27,737 nt of DNA, from positions 1 to 27,737 of IMG/VR virus record IMGVR_UViG_3300042821_000020; one strand, written 5' to 3'. The stretch is from a virus. Lineage: Duplodnaviria > Caudoviricetes. Positions 14,486 through 24,267 of this stretch are shown here, piece by piece; position 1 is the stretch's first letter; the number at the start of each line of letters is the position of its first letter. The notes beneath the pieces were generated by a model. That model did no database searches and was not told the origin of the DNA. It saw only the letters and a program-made list of their open reading frames with translations. The position numbers and the translations under genes are program-made.

Positions 14486-15160
14486 CTACGGGACAGGCGG
14501 TGGCGGCGAGGTCTTCAGAACGCCGAAGGACGCATAGTTGGATTTGACCTGCGTGAAGGTGAGCATGGACTCGCGCAGGTTGCCGAACAGCATGGCGTTC
14601 TCCGTGTGACCGTACGTCCAGAGAATGCCGGCCGGGATCACCGCGTTCGGACCATCCTCACTGAGCAGCGCGCCTACTGCCGTTGGATTGGGAGTCTCAC
14701 TTGTGATGGTCGAGATGACGATCTTGTAGGGGTCGCCGTCGGCACGCTCGATGATGCCAACGTACTGCGTGTCGGTGAGCAGGGGCTTGATGGCCTCACG
14801 GATGCCTTCTGGTGTGCCCCGCTTGAAGTTGTCCTGCTTCTTGATGATGGTGCGCGCCTCGTCAGCCGTGATCGGCTGCGGCAGACGGATGCCGACCATC
14901 TGTGCCAGCCAGCCGAGCGCCTCGGGCGGGCAAGTGTCAGGATCCATCAGGTCGCCCCAGGACGACGGAGCACGCGAGAGATCGGTGATATCCTGGATCA
15001 TCGTGCCAATCGACGCGATGTAGTGCGCTAGCGCCCAGTTGTTTTCCTTGTCATAGATCGCGACCGGCGCCATCTCCTGGTACAGTTCGTGCGCGAACGA
15101 GGCCAGGGGAACCTCGTCCCCTAGCTCGATGAAGTCGTGATCCCAGGGAAGGTTGCTCAT
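14486..15160 (-). CDS. Baseplate wedge protein, P2 gpI-like
   Basis: DPDTCPPEALGWLAQMVG..KRGTPEGIREAI; follows baseplate J. Confidence 0.85.
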   Translation of the reverse strand: MSNLPWDHDFIELGDEVPLASFAHELYQEMAPVAIYDKENNWALAHYIASIGTMIQDITDLSRAPSSWGDLMDPDTCPPEALGWLAQMVGIRLPQPITADEARTIIKKQDNFKRGTPEGIREAIKPLLTDTQYVGIIERADGDPYKIVISTITSETPNPTAVGALLSEDGPNAVIPAGILWTYGHTENAMLFGNLRESMLTFTQVKSNYASFGVLKTSPPPPVP

Positions 15161-16317
15161 GGCGACGTGATGGTCATGAGGCCGGGCTGCGGCAGCGGGC
15201 CGACGCCAGACAGGGTGATGTCAGCGGTGCCACCGTTGACCGTGCAGGTCACGATGTAGTCCACGGATGGCACGTTGTTGATGACGGTCGTGATCTCCAG
15301 GTAGCGCACCTTCGTCACGTTCGTCCAGGGGAACGGATTGCCATACTGGCCGACCGACGGCGGGGCGCCCCAGTTCGCCGGGCTCAGGTACGTGCGCAGG
15401 GCATCAGCTACCTCGGCCTGCATTGCCACCGCGTCGTAGCCCGACACCGGCACCACCGATGCCGTCACCGCGATGGTGGTGTAGGTCGGGTCGATCGCGA
15501 AGACCAGGAAGTTGACCTCGCGCAGTGCCCGCAGCATGGCCTGTACCTCGGCCTTGGCCTGCGTGCTGAGGGCGTGCCCGTTCGGATCGGCCACGACAAC
15601 GGTGACGGTGCGCGCCTGGTTGGTGAGCACCGGCGGTCCGGGATTGTAGCCGTCGATCGCCACGGCCCTGCCGACTGCCGGATGGCCGAGCGAGAGGAGC
15701 GCATAGTCCTGCGGCAGAATCGGTGCCGGCGACAGTGCGACCAGCCGCTGCGACAGCCGGCTCATGTACTCGCCATCCGTCTCGGCATCCATGCCGCCGG
15801 CCGACGTGGACGAGAGTTCGACCGCCGTGATGCCGACCCAGGAGTCGATCATGACCGTCGGGTTGGTCGGGCCGAGTCCGTTATACAGTGGCCCCGTCTC
15901 GGCCGCGATCATGGGGACTGTGCCCACCAGCTCACCGGCAGGGAGCAGCGTGTCGATCTCGACCATGAACGCACGCTGCACGCCGAGGTTGTCCATGACG
16001 GCGATCGTCAGTCCCGCCGACACGGTGTAGCCAGTCAGGTTGTCCGCGACGGTGAACGTCGCCGTGGCGCGTGCGTACTCGGCCTCGCCTGGCGGCAGCT
16101 TGTACAGGTCGTTGCCGAGGCGCATGAAGACGGTGTCTGGCACGTCAGCGGCGATGTCGCGCGCCTCGGCGACCATACGCGACATCGCTTCGAGCAGCCA
16201 CACGTCGAGGTTGCCGACGGCCGGAGTCCACCCAGGGACGTAGAACTCCAGGTACTCGTAGGCGTCCTCCAGCAGACGGTCGGGGTCGGTCGTGATGGGG
16301 TAGGGGACGTAGGGCAT
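15157..16317 (-). CDS. Baseplate J / Mu gp47-like protein
   Basis: A..TGPLYN, GGMDAETDGEYMSRL, DY..L, V.RA motifs. Start placed at ATG 16317, just after the gp25-like stop. Confidence 0.9.
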   Translation of the reverse strand: MPYVPYPITTDPDRLLEDAYEYLEFYVPGWTPAVGNLDVWLLEAMSRMVAEARDIAADVPDTVFMRLGNDLYKLPPGEAEYARATATFTVADNLTGYTVSAGLTIAVMDNLGVQRAFMVEIDTLLPAGELVGTVPMIAAETGPLYNGLGPTNPTVMIDSWVGITAVELSSTSAGGMDAETDGEYMSRLSQRLVALSPAPILPQDYALLSLGHPAVGRAVAIDGYNPGPPVLTNQARTVTVVVADPNGHALSTQAKAEVQAMLRALREVNFLVFAIDPTYTTIAVTASVVPVSGYDAVAMQAEVADALRTYLSPANWGAPPSVGQYGNPFPWTNVTKVRYLEITTVINNVPSVDYIVTCTVNGGTADITLSGVGPLPQPGLMTITSP

Positions 16318-16318
16318 G

Positions 16319-16645
16319 CTAGAGGGCCACTCGTACGTTTGCAACGAACTCATCGCGGGTCATGTCCTCACTGGTCTCGATGGGCTGGAGCACCGCTCGG
16401 GCACGTGGTTCGTCGATCTCGATCTCGGCAATCAGTTGCTCGATATCGACTGGCGATGCGAAGGTTGGGTCAGTGATGCCGAACTCGGGCTGCTGCTCGG
16501 CCCGCCATCCAAGCGGTGTCAGCACCGCCGCAACCACGCAGTCCGCCACGTCCTCGGGCGAGTCCTGCACGTTCTCGACCGCGTGATGCAGCGTGCTCCA
16601 GCGGAAGGGGAGCGCGAAGTGCGTCGGGATCGGTTCGTCTGCCAT
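16319..16645 (-). CDS. Baseplate gp25/gpW-like protein
   Basis: LTPLGWR..QPEFGI..I..DEPRA motif; size and position before baseplate J. Confidence 0.85.
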   Translation of the reverse strand: MADEPIPTHFALPFRWSTLHHAVENVQDSPEDVADCVVAAVLTPLGWRAEQQPEFGITDPTFASPVDIEQLIAEIEIDEPRARAVLQPIETSEDMTRDEFVANVRVAL

Positions 16646-18249
16646 TACACACTCCCGATTCTATGGGCCATAATAGCGGAGTTGGCCTCGAAGGCAACCT
16701 GGATACCGGACGACGTTCCTGTCAGCTTCAACAGCGAACCGGCTGCCACGGCACCGCCCCCAACATCGGGGAAGGTTGCGTAGCCGTACGAGGCCAGAGT
16801 CATGCGGTCGTTGGCCTGATTCGATGCCAGGATCACGGGCGTCGCCTGCAAGGTGTTGCCCGCGCCCCCGATGGCAACGTTGCCGATCCCATACGTGCCG
16901 GCAGCGCCAGCGGTGATGATGCGGATATCGAACTCACCGATCACATGGTACACGCCCGGGATCGTGACCGGCACGGTGGCGCCGGTGAGGTCGGCAGTAG
17001 CACCCGACGCGGGCGAAACCTGGGCGCTGCTCAGAGCGCGCAGCTTGACAGCCTGCCCCAGATTGCCTGCGACCATGCCGGGATTGACGATGCGCTTCAC
17101 CTGAAGCCACACGCCACACCCCAGGGTTACGCCGCTCCACTGTGCCACCTGAACTGCTAGGTTCGAGCCGCCGGCCAGGTAAGAGACGATGCTCACCTGC
17201 TGGGTGGTCGCTACACCGCTTGTAGGGACGGCAGCCCGGTTGTCTGTTACCAGAGTGCCGCCCGTAGAGTCGATCGCCAGGTAACGAGCGCCGTTAGCAT
17301 TGGCATCCCAGCCGGCATTCGCAGTAATCTCATACCAGCCGGTAGCAGGGATCGGCACGAGCAGGCCGCTGGCAGCGAAGGCATTGCCGGTATCGTAGTC
17401 CTCACTCGCCCACGTGATAGCGGTTACGACGTTGGTGGGTATCGACTGGGAGCCGGCGCCTCGCCCTCGATACAGGAGATCGAAGCCGCTGGCAAGTCCT
17501 GCCGGCCCGGTGGGGCCTGCGGGGCCGGTGGCTCCTGTGCTGCCCGGAGCGCCCGTGCTGCCTGTGCTGCCAGTCGCGCCCTGCGGCCCCTTCAGGTTGC
17601 CGCGCAGCGTCCAGGTACTGGTCAGCGTCTTCTCGTAGAAGTCGCCATTGGTGCTGTTCAGATACCAATCGCCGACGGCCGATCCAGCAAGGTTGCCTGC
17701 GGGCGCTCCGCTCCCCGTGAACCACTTCTCACCGGCCGTGCCGTTCGTGCCCGGTGCGCCCTTGATGGTGGTATCGTAACTCCACTGGTTGTCATAAATC
17801 TTCTCATAGACATCGCCGGTCACGTCTTGGAGATAGAAGTCGCCAACCTTGCCCAGATCATCGGCGGGCAGCCCCGTGCCGCTATGCCACGCTGCTCCGC
17901 TGGTGCCAGGCACACCGGGGATGCCCTGTGGCCCCTGCGGCCCCTGCGGGCCGGCAGGCCCTGGCGGCCCCTGCCCGCCGCCACCCCCGCCCGTACCCGG
18001 CAGAAGATACCAGTTGCCGCCGGGCTCCGACGTAAGCGCGATCAGGCATTGGATACCGACCCACGGCGTGAAGTCCTCGGGCACGATAAGCGGGCCATAC
18101 TCGACGCGGTAGTCCTGCGTCGGGATGACCGCGAACACCTCGCCAGCATCGTTGACCCGCGACACTTTGGCCGTGTGAACACCCGAGGGCATCGTCGGCC
18201 GGCTAGGCATGCGCGCCTGCTGCTTGGTGAATGTGTGCATGTCGGTCAC
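16645..18249 (-). CDS. Spike-position protein: gpV/gp5-like OB fold + collagen repeats + fibre repeats + C1q/TNF-like head
   Basis: N-terminal HTAKVSRV..VIP..YGPL..PWVG.QCLIA; two Gly-X-Y tracts; two W.(S/T)G.G.P..G.VGD.YL...GD.YEK repeats; beta-rich IPATGWYEITA domain. GTGA coupling at 18249. Confidence 0.75.
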   Translation of the reverse strand: MTDMHTFTKQQARMPSRPTMPSGVHTAKVSRVNDAGEVFAVIPTQDYRVEYGPLIVPEDFTPWVGIQCLIALTSEPGGNWYLLPGTGGGGGGQGPPGPAGPQGPQGPQGIPGVPGTSGAAWHSGTGLPADDLGKVGDFYLQDVTGDVYEKIYDNQWSYDTTIKGAPGTNGTAGEKWFTGSGAPAGNLAGSAVGDWYLNSTNGDFYEKTLTSTWTLRGNLKGPQGATGSTGSTGAPGSTGATGPAGPTGPAGLASGFDLLYRGRGAGSQSIPTNVVTAITWASEDYDTGNAFAASGLLVPIPATGWYEITANAGWDANANGARYLAIDSTGGTLVTDNRAAVPTSGVATTQQVSIVSYLAGGSNLAVQVAQWSGVTLGCGVWLQVKRIVNPGMVAGNLGQAVKLRALSSAQVSPASGATADLTGATVPVTIPGVYHVIGEFDIRIITAGAAGTYGIGNVAIGGAGNTLQATPVILASNQANDRMTLASYGYATFPDVGGGAVAAGSLLKLTGTSSGIQVAFEANSAIMAHRIGSV

Positions 18250-20849
18250 TTGCGACACCCGACATGGATATGGTTCATGTGGCCGCCGTACTTCGGCGTG
18301 CGCCAGATCACCTGACAACGATAGCCCTGGTATTGGAACGTATGGGCATCGATTGTCGCGCCCTTCGGATATGCAAACCCAAATGCGGCACCGATAGCCA
18401 CGCACGCCTTGTCAAGTTCCTCCGACGGCGACGACATGCCCTGACGGCCAATATCGCGCGCCGCCCTCATGGCATTGTTCTGAGAATGGTCAGAGACGGT
18501 GCCGCCTGTCGTGATCGAGCCTGGCCGGTGTGCCGACATGACGTAGACCGGAGCGCCGCCGACGGCCTTGGCGATGGCGTAGGCATCCTCGACAATGCCC
18601 CTGGCCCCGCGATCGTCCGGCATGATCTTTTCCATAGTCGAGCGCGGCCCGAGCTTCGGAAAGTCGCTGGAACCGCCGCTGGAATCGCTACTGCTCGGCG
18701 CATACGGATTGTCAGGATCAACCATCTCGATGTGCGTGTCGGGCGCCGGCTCCTTCAACTGGGGCGTCTCACCGATCAACTGAATCTTGGCACGGTCGCT
18801 GTGCATCGACCGCGTGAACTCCTGGACGATGTAGCGCCCTGTGGCCGGACCTAGCTCCTCGATAACCACCACTTCGCCCGGCGGCACGCTCCATCGCTCG
18901 GCCCGGCATTCGACCTCGATCGAGGACACGGGCTTGCCAACGTCGTAGTCGAAGTCGATGTAGCCCACGCCGCGCTTGAACTCTTGGACAACATCGAGCG
19001 CCTTATTGTTCAGCAGCACCTTGTCACGTACGAAGTAGATGGTGCCGTTGACCGAGAAGCAGCGCCAGTTGACCTCGTCAGCGAGTCGCTGCAAGCACGT
19101 CCAGGAGTCTTCAGGATCGCTGGGCGTGCCGCGCGAGAACTCGTAGGGCTCGGCCACGACGGTCGGCTGTGCCGCCAGATCGGTATCCGCGTTGTAGTCT
19201 GCCTGGGTGTAGGAGCCGGTCGGCGGCTGCCCGCCATACGTCACCTTCTTGCCGTAGAAAAGCTGGACGATGTTGCGCGCTTCTTCGGCCCACTCCAGAT
19301 AGCGACGACCGTAGTCATCGAAAGACTCCATGTCGCGCCGCGTGACATCGTTGGCCAGACGGTGGATGACGCGCACTTCACCGTACACTTCCAGATGCTG
19401 ATCGTAGAAGTAGCTGGCACGGCCGATGAACTTCTCGGCCTGCATTCCAATAGTCCACTTCTCGACCTCGGGATAGTCGGAGATGCGGAACTGGAAGATG
19501 CCGGCGCGGGGCTGCCAGAGTTCGATGTCTTCGCTGCGCGTTGGGCTGTCCTTCAGCGGCAGGTTGTACGCGCGAGAGTCAGTGATGGCCGCAAGGACGA
19601 CGGCCTGCTGTATCGTCCAGTTGACGTCCATCGCGTTGGCCTTATTCAGAATCTTGCCGAGGTTGCCGATCTGCTGATTGGTGGCCTTCGTCCCCTGAAT
19701 GGTAAACGTAGTCCTCGGGGGAAACCCCGGCTCCTGCCCCGCCTTGGACTTCGGCATCTGGTTGGTATCAACGGCCTTCACGTTGCGCGGCTTCGGCGTG
19801 GTCGCGCCGGCGACGGGCCAATTGTAGGATGCGTTGCGATCCGCCTGAATGTCGTCCAGAACATCAGACGCATGCTTCGTGCCCCAGTCACTGGTGTCGA
19901 TCGCAACACACACCTGCATGGCATTGTTGCCGGCCTGCAACGCATTGAGGATCACCCCATACGAAGCATTTCCGCTGGTGATCGTATCGATCGTGGCCTT
20001 CATGCCGATGTCCCAGTTCGGATAGTTCTTGACCGGGTAGCCATTATTGTGATTGTAGGCCGTTGCGCCAGGCGCATTCTGCGTCGTGTTCATGGGATTG
20101 AACAGCGCGCGGGTGCCCGTGCCGCCGGACTCCGCTGCCATCCAGGCAATCATTGCGTCCATGTTGGGGCCGGACGTTGGCTTGTTGAGTCGTCGCAGGA
20201 ACTCGTCAGCGAAAGCGCGGCGCGTGCCAGCACCGGCACCGCCGCCTCCTCCGCCACCTGCCCCCGGATCGGTGCCGCTCACGGTCGGCGTCAACTGGTT
20301 GACAACCACACCATGCCGATCGTACGGGTACACGTCCTGCTTGACGGCCTTCTCTGGCGAGTAGAACTTCAGGCCCTTGACTTCCTTGACCAGCATCTCG
20401 GCAAACTGCGCGCGAGTGACCTGCGCACGATTGGCCTTCCTCGGCCCCTTCTTGCCGCGCAACTGCACGACGGCCCAGTCCTCGAATGTCAGCTGGAGCC
20501 TGTTGCCGGTCTTGCGCACCTTGACCAGAACGAACTTCATGCCGTCAAGGATGATCTCCGACGCTTCCTGTGCCAGCGCCGAGTTCGTGATCTTGCGCTG
20601 GTAGTCGTTGAGCGTGATGTTGACCGTGCTGGCACCCTCGATCGTACGGTTCATCTTCGCCTCGACGACCATACCCTCGATGAGCGCCTTCAGCTTCTTG
20701 CCCCGGATGGTCAGGCCGAGTAGCGTGACATCGCCCAGATTCGTGAGCGTGCCGGCGCCAAACTCGGAGCCGCCCGCAGGGCGATCGCGTATGCGCCCCG
20801 GAACGTTCCGGTCGTTGGCGTGCTCGCTGTGGCTCTCGACGGGGCTCAC
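18246..20849 (-). CDS. Baseplate hub (gp27/Mu gpP-like) with inserted lysozyme-like domains and C-terminal M15-like peptidase
   Basis: Hub motifs RTIEGAS.V.ITL.D, EDSWTCLQRLADEVNWRCF, PGEVVVIEELG..GRYIV; WMAAESGG..NPMNTT insert; C-terminal SDH..ARDI..HMNHIHV. Confidence 0.8.
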   Translation of the reverse strand: MSPVESHSEHANDRNVPGRIRDRPAGGSEFGAGTLTNLGDVTLLGLTIRGKKLKALIEGMVVEAKMNRTIEGASTVNITLNDYQRKITNSALAQEASEIILDGMKFVLVKVRKTGNRLQLTFEDWAVVQLRGKKGPRKANRAQVTRAQFAEMLVKEVKGLKFYSPEKAVKQDVYPYDRHGVVVNQLTPTVSGTDPGAGGGGGGGAGAGTRRAFADEFLRRLNKPTSGPNMDAMIAWMAAESGGTGTRALFNPMNTTQNAPGATAYNHNNGYPVKNYPNWDIGMKATIDTITSGNASYGVILNALQAGNNAMQVCVAIDTSDWGTKHASDVLDDIQADRNASYNWPVAGATTPKPRNVKAVDTNQMPKSKAGQEPGFPPRTTFTIQGTKATNQQIGNLGKILNKANAMDVNWTIQQAVVLAAITDSRAYNLPLKDSPTRSEDIELWQPRAGIFQFRISDYPEVEKWTIGMQAEKFIGRASYFYDQHLEVYGEVRVIHRLANDVTRRDMESFDDYGRRYLEWAEEARNIVQLFYGKKVTYGGQPPTGSYTQADYNADTDLAAQPTVVAEPYEFSRGTPSDPEDSWTCLQRLADEVNWRCFSVNGTIYFVRDKVLLNNKALDVVQEFKRGVGYIDFDYDVGKPVSSIEVECRAERWSVPPGEVVVIEELGPATGRYIVQEFTRSMHSDRAKIQLIGETPQLKEPAPDTHIEMVDPDNPYAPSSSDSSGGSSDFPKLGPRSTMEKIMPDDRGARGIVEDAYAIAKAVGGAPVYVMSAHRPGSITTGGTVSDHSQNNAMRAARDIGRQGMSSPSEELDKACVAIGAAFGFAYPKGATIDAHTFQYQGYRCQVIWRTPKYGGHMNHIHVGCRK

Positions 20850-21550
20850 TTGTAGTTATCCGGCGGTATGCGCACGAGCTGGCCAACCTTCATCTTCATG
20901 CCAGGCCGAAAGCCGTTGAACTTCTGGATCTTGCGCGCAGCGTACTTGACCTTGGGCATCAGCTTGTGTGCGACGCGCGGCCAAGTGTCGCCCTGCTTCC
21001 ACTTGTACGGCTTGCGCGAGGCCAGGCCCGGCGGACGAGGAGCGCGCGCCTTGGTCGGGCTCAGTTCGCGCTGGTGCTCTAGGAGATCGGCCTGGAGGAA
21101 CGTGATCTTCGCGGTCTGACGTAGCACTTGCTTTTGCGTGCCATTGATCGCGGTGCCCCAGACGATGTTCTCGATAACCCAGGGCACGGCGGTCGTCCGG
21201 GGGATGACCTTGCCCGAGACGTGGACTGTTGGCGGCGGCAGGTTCACGCCGACCGGCGACGCCATGCGCTCGATCGCCAGAAGGTCGTCGTGAATGTTGT
21301 TCAGCGGGTAGGCGTAGTCCCAGGCATCGAGGACGATCTCTAGCTCCATGCGGAGCGGCTCAGGCCCCTCCCACTCCACAGCGCCGCGCTTGCGCGGGCG
21401 ATCGACGACATTCCAGCCGCCGTACCCGCCCGTGATGCGGGGCAGGTCGGCGCCCATCAGTGCGATCACTGGGCCGTTGTTCTCGCCCTTCAGGTCAGGC
21501 GACGAGATGGTAATAAAGGCCGCCGAGTTGATGCCTTCAAGAATCCTCAT
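20846..21550 (-). CDS. Tail tube initiator / LysM-domain baseplate protein
   Basis: RPRKR..EWEGPEP..WVIENI tube-like domain; C-terminal YKWKQGDTWPRVA..I.KFNG..VGQLVRIP LysM; follows the tape measure gene. Confidence 0.85.
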   Translation of the reverse strand: MRILEGINSAAFITISSPDLKGENNGPVIALMGADLPRITGGYGGWNVVDRPRKRGAVEWEGPEPLRMELEIVLDAWDYAYPLNNIHDDLLAIERMASPVGVNLPPPTVHVSGKVIPRTTAVPWVIENIVWGTAINGTQKQVLRQTAKITFLQADLLEHQRELSPTKARAPRPPGLASRKPYKWKQGDTWPRVAHKLMPKVKYAARKIQKFNGFRPGMKMKVGQLVRIPPDNYK

Positions 21551-23538
21551 CGTCGTGCCACCCGATCCTGCCAGTCTCTGACGGTTGCGCTTGCAATCTC
21601 ACTGCCATCGATCTCGACATGCACGTGGATCGGAGCCGGCGCACCGCCGTATCCGGCAGGAAGATACTTGCTGGGAGTTTGACGATGCGGGCCAGCGAAC
21701 ATTGCCTCCTGCTCCACGAAGTCGGGCCGAGGCGTGAAGGCATTGGACGGTGCCCCGAACCCGCCTCGCGCGCCCCACTTGCGCCCCGGGTACGTGACAG
21801 GGTTGGAGTCACGGTTCATCTGATCGTGGACGAGTTCGGCAAGGCCCTTGCTGCCAAGCTCGCTGTCCTTGATGCTGTAGCCAGTCATCTCCTCGAACTT
21901 GTCCGATGCCATGTTGGACGCAACAACCGTGGTGCCGACGACGAGGCCGGCGATGCCGAACCTTGCGCCCATCGACAGTGTGCGCCACCCGCCCATCGGG
22001 ATCGGGGTCGGCAGGCCCGGGCCGCCGCCGCGACCGCCACCACCGCCAGGCACCGGCATGCCACCGCCGCCCGGCACGGGCACTGTCAGCGCGCCTGCCA
22101 GGGCCGCGAGCTTCGCGGCGACCCACATCGCGGTGAGGGCGGTAACCAACGGAACGAGCACGGCCGAGTTACTGGCCAACGTTTCAAGAACGTCTCCGAA
22201 CGTTTCCAGAACGGGAATCAGTGTCGGAGCCATCTCGGCGTTCATTGCGATGAAGACGGCAAGGAACTTGACCCCAAAGTCCCAGAACTTCTGCCCGCTC
22301 GCGACCAGGCTCTCGATCTCCGTCCTGTGATCTTCCAGCCAACCGTTGAGATCGAACTTCTGGATACGCTCGGTGATGCCGTCAAGCCAATCTTGGATCG
22401 GCCCGCGCTCGGTCATGAACTTGGACGTCGTGATGTTCGTGATCGCGCCCCACAACCGTTCCAGAGCGCCAGTGACGGTATCGTTCATCACGTCCGCCGC
22501 GTCGCCAGCAGCGCCCGCCCAGTTGCCGAACTCGTCCTTGTTCAGCTTCACCAGGTCGATGTTGGTGCGATACGCCTCTAGCAGCGTAGACCAGACATCG
22601 ATGGCGTCCTTGCCGATGATGTTCTCCAGGAAGCCGGTGCGCTCGATGTCAGTCATGTCAGCGGTGAGGTCAACCATCCGGTGCATGATTTCCTCGATCG
22701 GCTGCAAGCTGCCTTCGGCGGTCTGGAAGACCTTCGGATTGAAGCCGAGCTTGGCCAGTTCCTCGATCGCCTCGGGCGCAGGCGCCGAGATGTTGATGAG
22801 GCCAGTCGAGAGGCCGGTGCCGACATTCTGGCCGCGCATGTTGAGGCGGCCCAGCAGCGCGACCGTCTCTAGCATGTCCTCTAGCGACTGGTTGGTGATC
22901 CTGGCCGTGCCCTGCACGTACTTCAGCGTGTAGCCGAGGTCTTCCATGCCAATGCCCGAGATCGCGGTGGCCTTGTACAGCATGTCCGCGATCTGGATGG
23001 TTTCCTCGGCCGTCATGTTGAAGTTGTTCATGAGGCCAACCATGAGCTTGCCCGACTCGGCCTGGTCGTAGCCGGTCGCTGCCGAGAGTTGCAGCGAGCC
23101 CTTCAGGACGCCCATCGCATCAGCGGCGCTGATGCCAGCCGCGGTGATCTCGTACAGGGCATTGGCCGCCTCGGCACCTGTCGCGCGGAACTGCTGCGCC
23201 ATCGTGAGCGCGCCCTGCCACAGCATGTCGAACTGCGGCCCGGTGGCGCCGGTCGTTGCCCGCACCTTCGCCATCGCATCCTCAAAGGTCAGCGCCTCGC
23301 GGGTGATGCCACCGATCGCCGTGGCGACCGTTGCGAAGCCGGCATACGACAGCCAGCGAAAGGCGCCCATCGTCTTCATGGACTGGTCAAGGCGCCCGAC
23401 TTCCTGATTCGTGCGCTTGGCCTGCGTCTGCATGCTCTGGAGCGAGCGGTTGACCGCATTGGCTTCCGCTGCGACCTGCTGCCTGCCCTGGAGCTTCACC
23501 CGCAGGTTCGCAGTGTTGGCACCCTCGAAGTACGACAT
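21547..23538 (-). CDS. Tail tape measure protein (TP901-family core)
   Basis: FEDAMAKVRATTGAT..ATGAEAANAL..AG; GQNVGTGL; long helical Ala-rich sequence with hydrophobic stretches; follows the chaperone. Confidence 0.93.
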   Translation of the reverse strand: MSYFEGANTANLRVKLQGRQQVAAEANAVNRSLQSMQTQAKRTNQEVGRLDQSMKTMGAFRWLSYAGFATVATAIGGITREALTFEDAMAKVRATTGATGPQFDMLWQGALTMAQQFRATGAEAANALYEITAAGISAADAMGVLKGSLQLSAATGYDQAESGKLMVGLMNNFNMTAEETIQIADMLYKATAISGIGMEDLGYTLKYVQGTARITNQSLEDMLETVALLGRLNMRGQNVGTGLSTGLINISAPAPEAIEELAKLGFNPKVFQTAEGSLQPIEEIMHRMVDLTADMTDIERTGFLENIIGKDAIDVWSTLLEAYRTNIDLVKLNKDEFGNWAGAAGDAADVMNDTVTGALERLWGAITNITTSKFMTERGPIQDWLDGITERIQKFDLNGWLEDHRTEIESLVASGQKFWDFGVKFLAVFIAMNAEMAPTLIPVLETFGDVLETLASNSAVLVPLVTALTAMWVAAKLAALAGALTVPVPGGGGMPVPGGGGGRGGGPGLPTPIPMGGWRTLSMGARFGIAGLVVGTTVVASNMASDKFEEMTGYSIKDSELGSKGLAELVHDQMNRDSNPVTYPGRKWGARGGFGAPSNAFTPRPDFVEQEAMFAGPHRQTPSKYLPAGYGGAPAPIHVHVEIDGSEIASATVRDWQDRVARR

Positions 23539-23547
23539 CTCACCTCC

Positions 23548-23760
23548 CTACTTGAACATTCGGCCGACCTGGTTGGCGATCATGATTGCCTGCTGCTGCT
23601 GGTCTTTCTTGTGTACCTCCAGTGATTGCTGTAGAATCTCTATCCAAATCTCGCGCTCTACCGCGTCAGTTGAGTACATGAGCACGTCCACTGCTCGGTG
23701 GCACCCTACGCTGACGGCGTGTGCTATTGCCTGAGTGGTAGGCGCGCGTGCTATTCCCCC
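23548..23760 (-). CDS. Tail assembly chaperone, post-frameshift (-1) segment
   Basis: Open -1 frame from the slippery site to TAG at 23548 (IARAPTTQAIAHA..GRMFK). Confidence 0.7.
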   Translation of the reverse strand, partial: GGIARAPTTQAIAHAVSVGCHRAVDVLMYSTDAVEREIWIEILQQSLEVHKKDQQQQAIMIANQVGRMFK

Positions 23761-24242
23761 TGGAACTCCTCCGAGATGTCGGACTCGCCGGCCTGCATCC
23801 AACGCAGCACGGCGGTCTGGTGCGCGACGACGGCGAGTTCGTTGCCGAAGACATGGAACAGACAGTCGCGCGCCCGCTTGGTGTCGATGCCGAAGAACGC
23901 AGCCAGCTCCGCGTTGTAGCCGGCGGCCAGATGCTTGCCCTCCGCGTCGATCGACGTGCAGGCCCGGATCAGGAAGTCCGCCTGGGCGCCGAGTTCCTGC
24001 ATTGGCAACTCGGACTTGATCGCGCGCCGGGCGATCTTCATGACCTCCTCGTACCCCAGCCGGCGGTACGTGGCCTTCAGCATGCCATCGTAGCCGGGAA
24101 TGTCGAACTCTTTGGACGTCTCTGCGGCGATCGCAGTGCGCCGGGCGCGAAGCTGGTCGATGAACGACTGCTCCACGTCCGGCGCCTGCGTCTCGTCGGG
24201 CTCCTGCCCGTCGTCCTGGACGATCTGAGTTTCGGTTGCCAT
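23751..24242 (-). CDS. Tail assembly chaperone
   Basis: Lies between tube and tape measure and ends in a slippery sequence; GAGGAG RBS. Confidence 0.8.
   Translation of the reverse strand: MATETQIVQDDGQEPDETQAPDVEQSFIDQLRARRTAIAAETSKEFDIPGYDGMLKATYRRLGYEEVMKIARRAIKSELPMQELGAQADFLIRACTSIDAEGKHLAAGYNAELAAFFGIDTKRARDCLFHVFGNELAVVAHQTAVLRWMQAGESDISEEFQGE
23754..23760 (-). other. Programmed -1 frameshift site G GGG GAA
   Basis: GGGGGAA immediately before the chaperone TAG, with the downstream ORF in the -1 frame. Confidence 0.75.
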
Positions 24243-24267
24243 GTTACCGCTCCTCGGTTGTCGTTGT

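Noticed and set aside
17490-17990. 9-bp periodic repeats as a DGR or VNTR
   Set aside because: These are collagen Gly-X-Y codons. No reverse transcriptase or adenine-specific template/variable repeat pair was seen.
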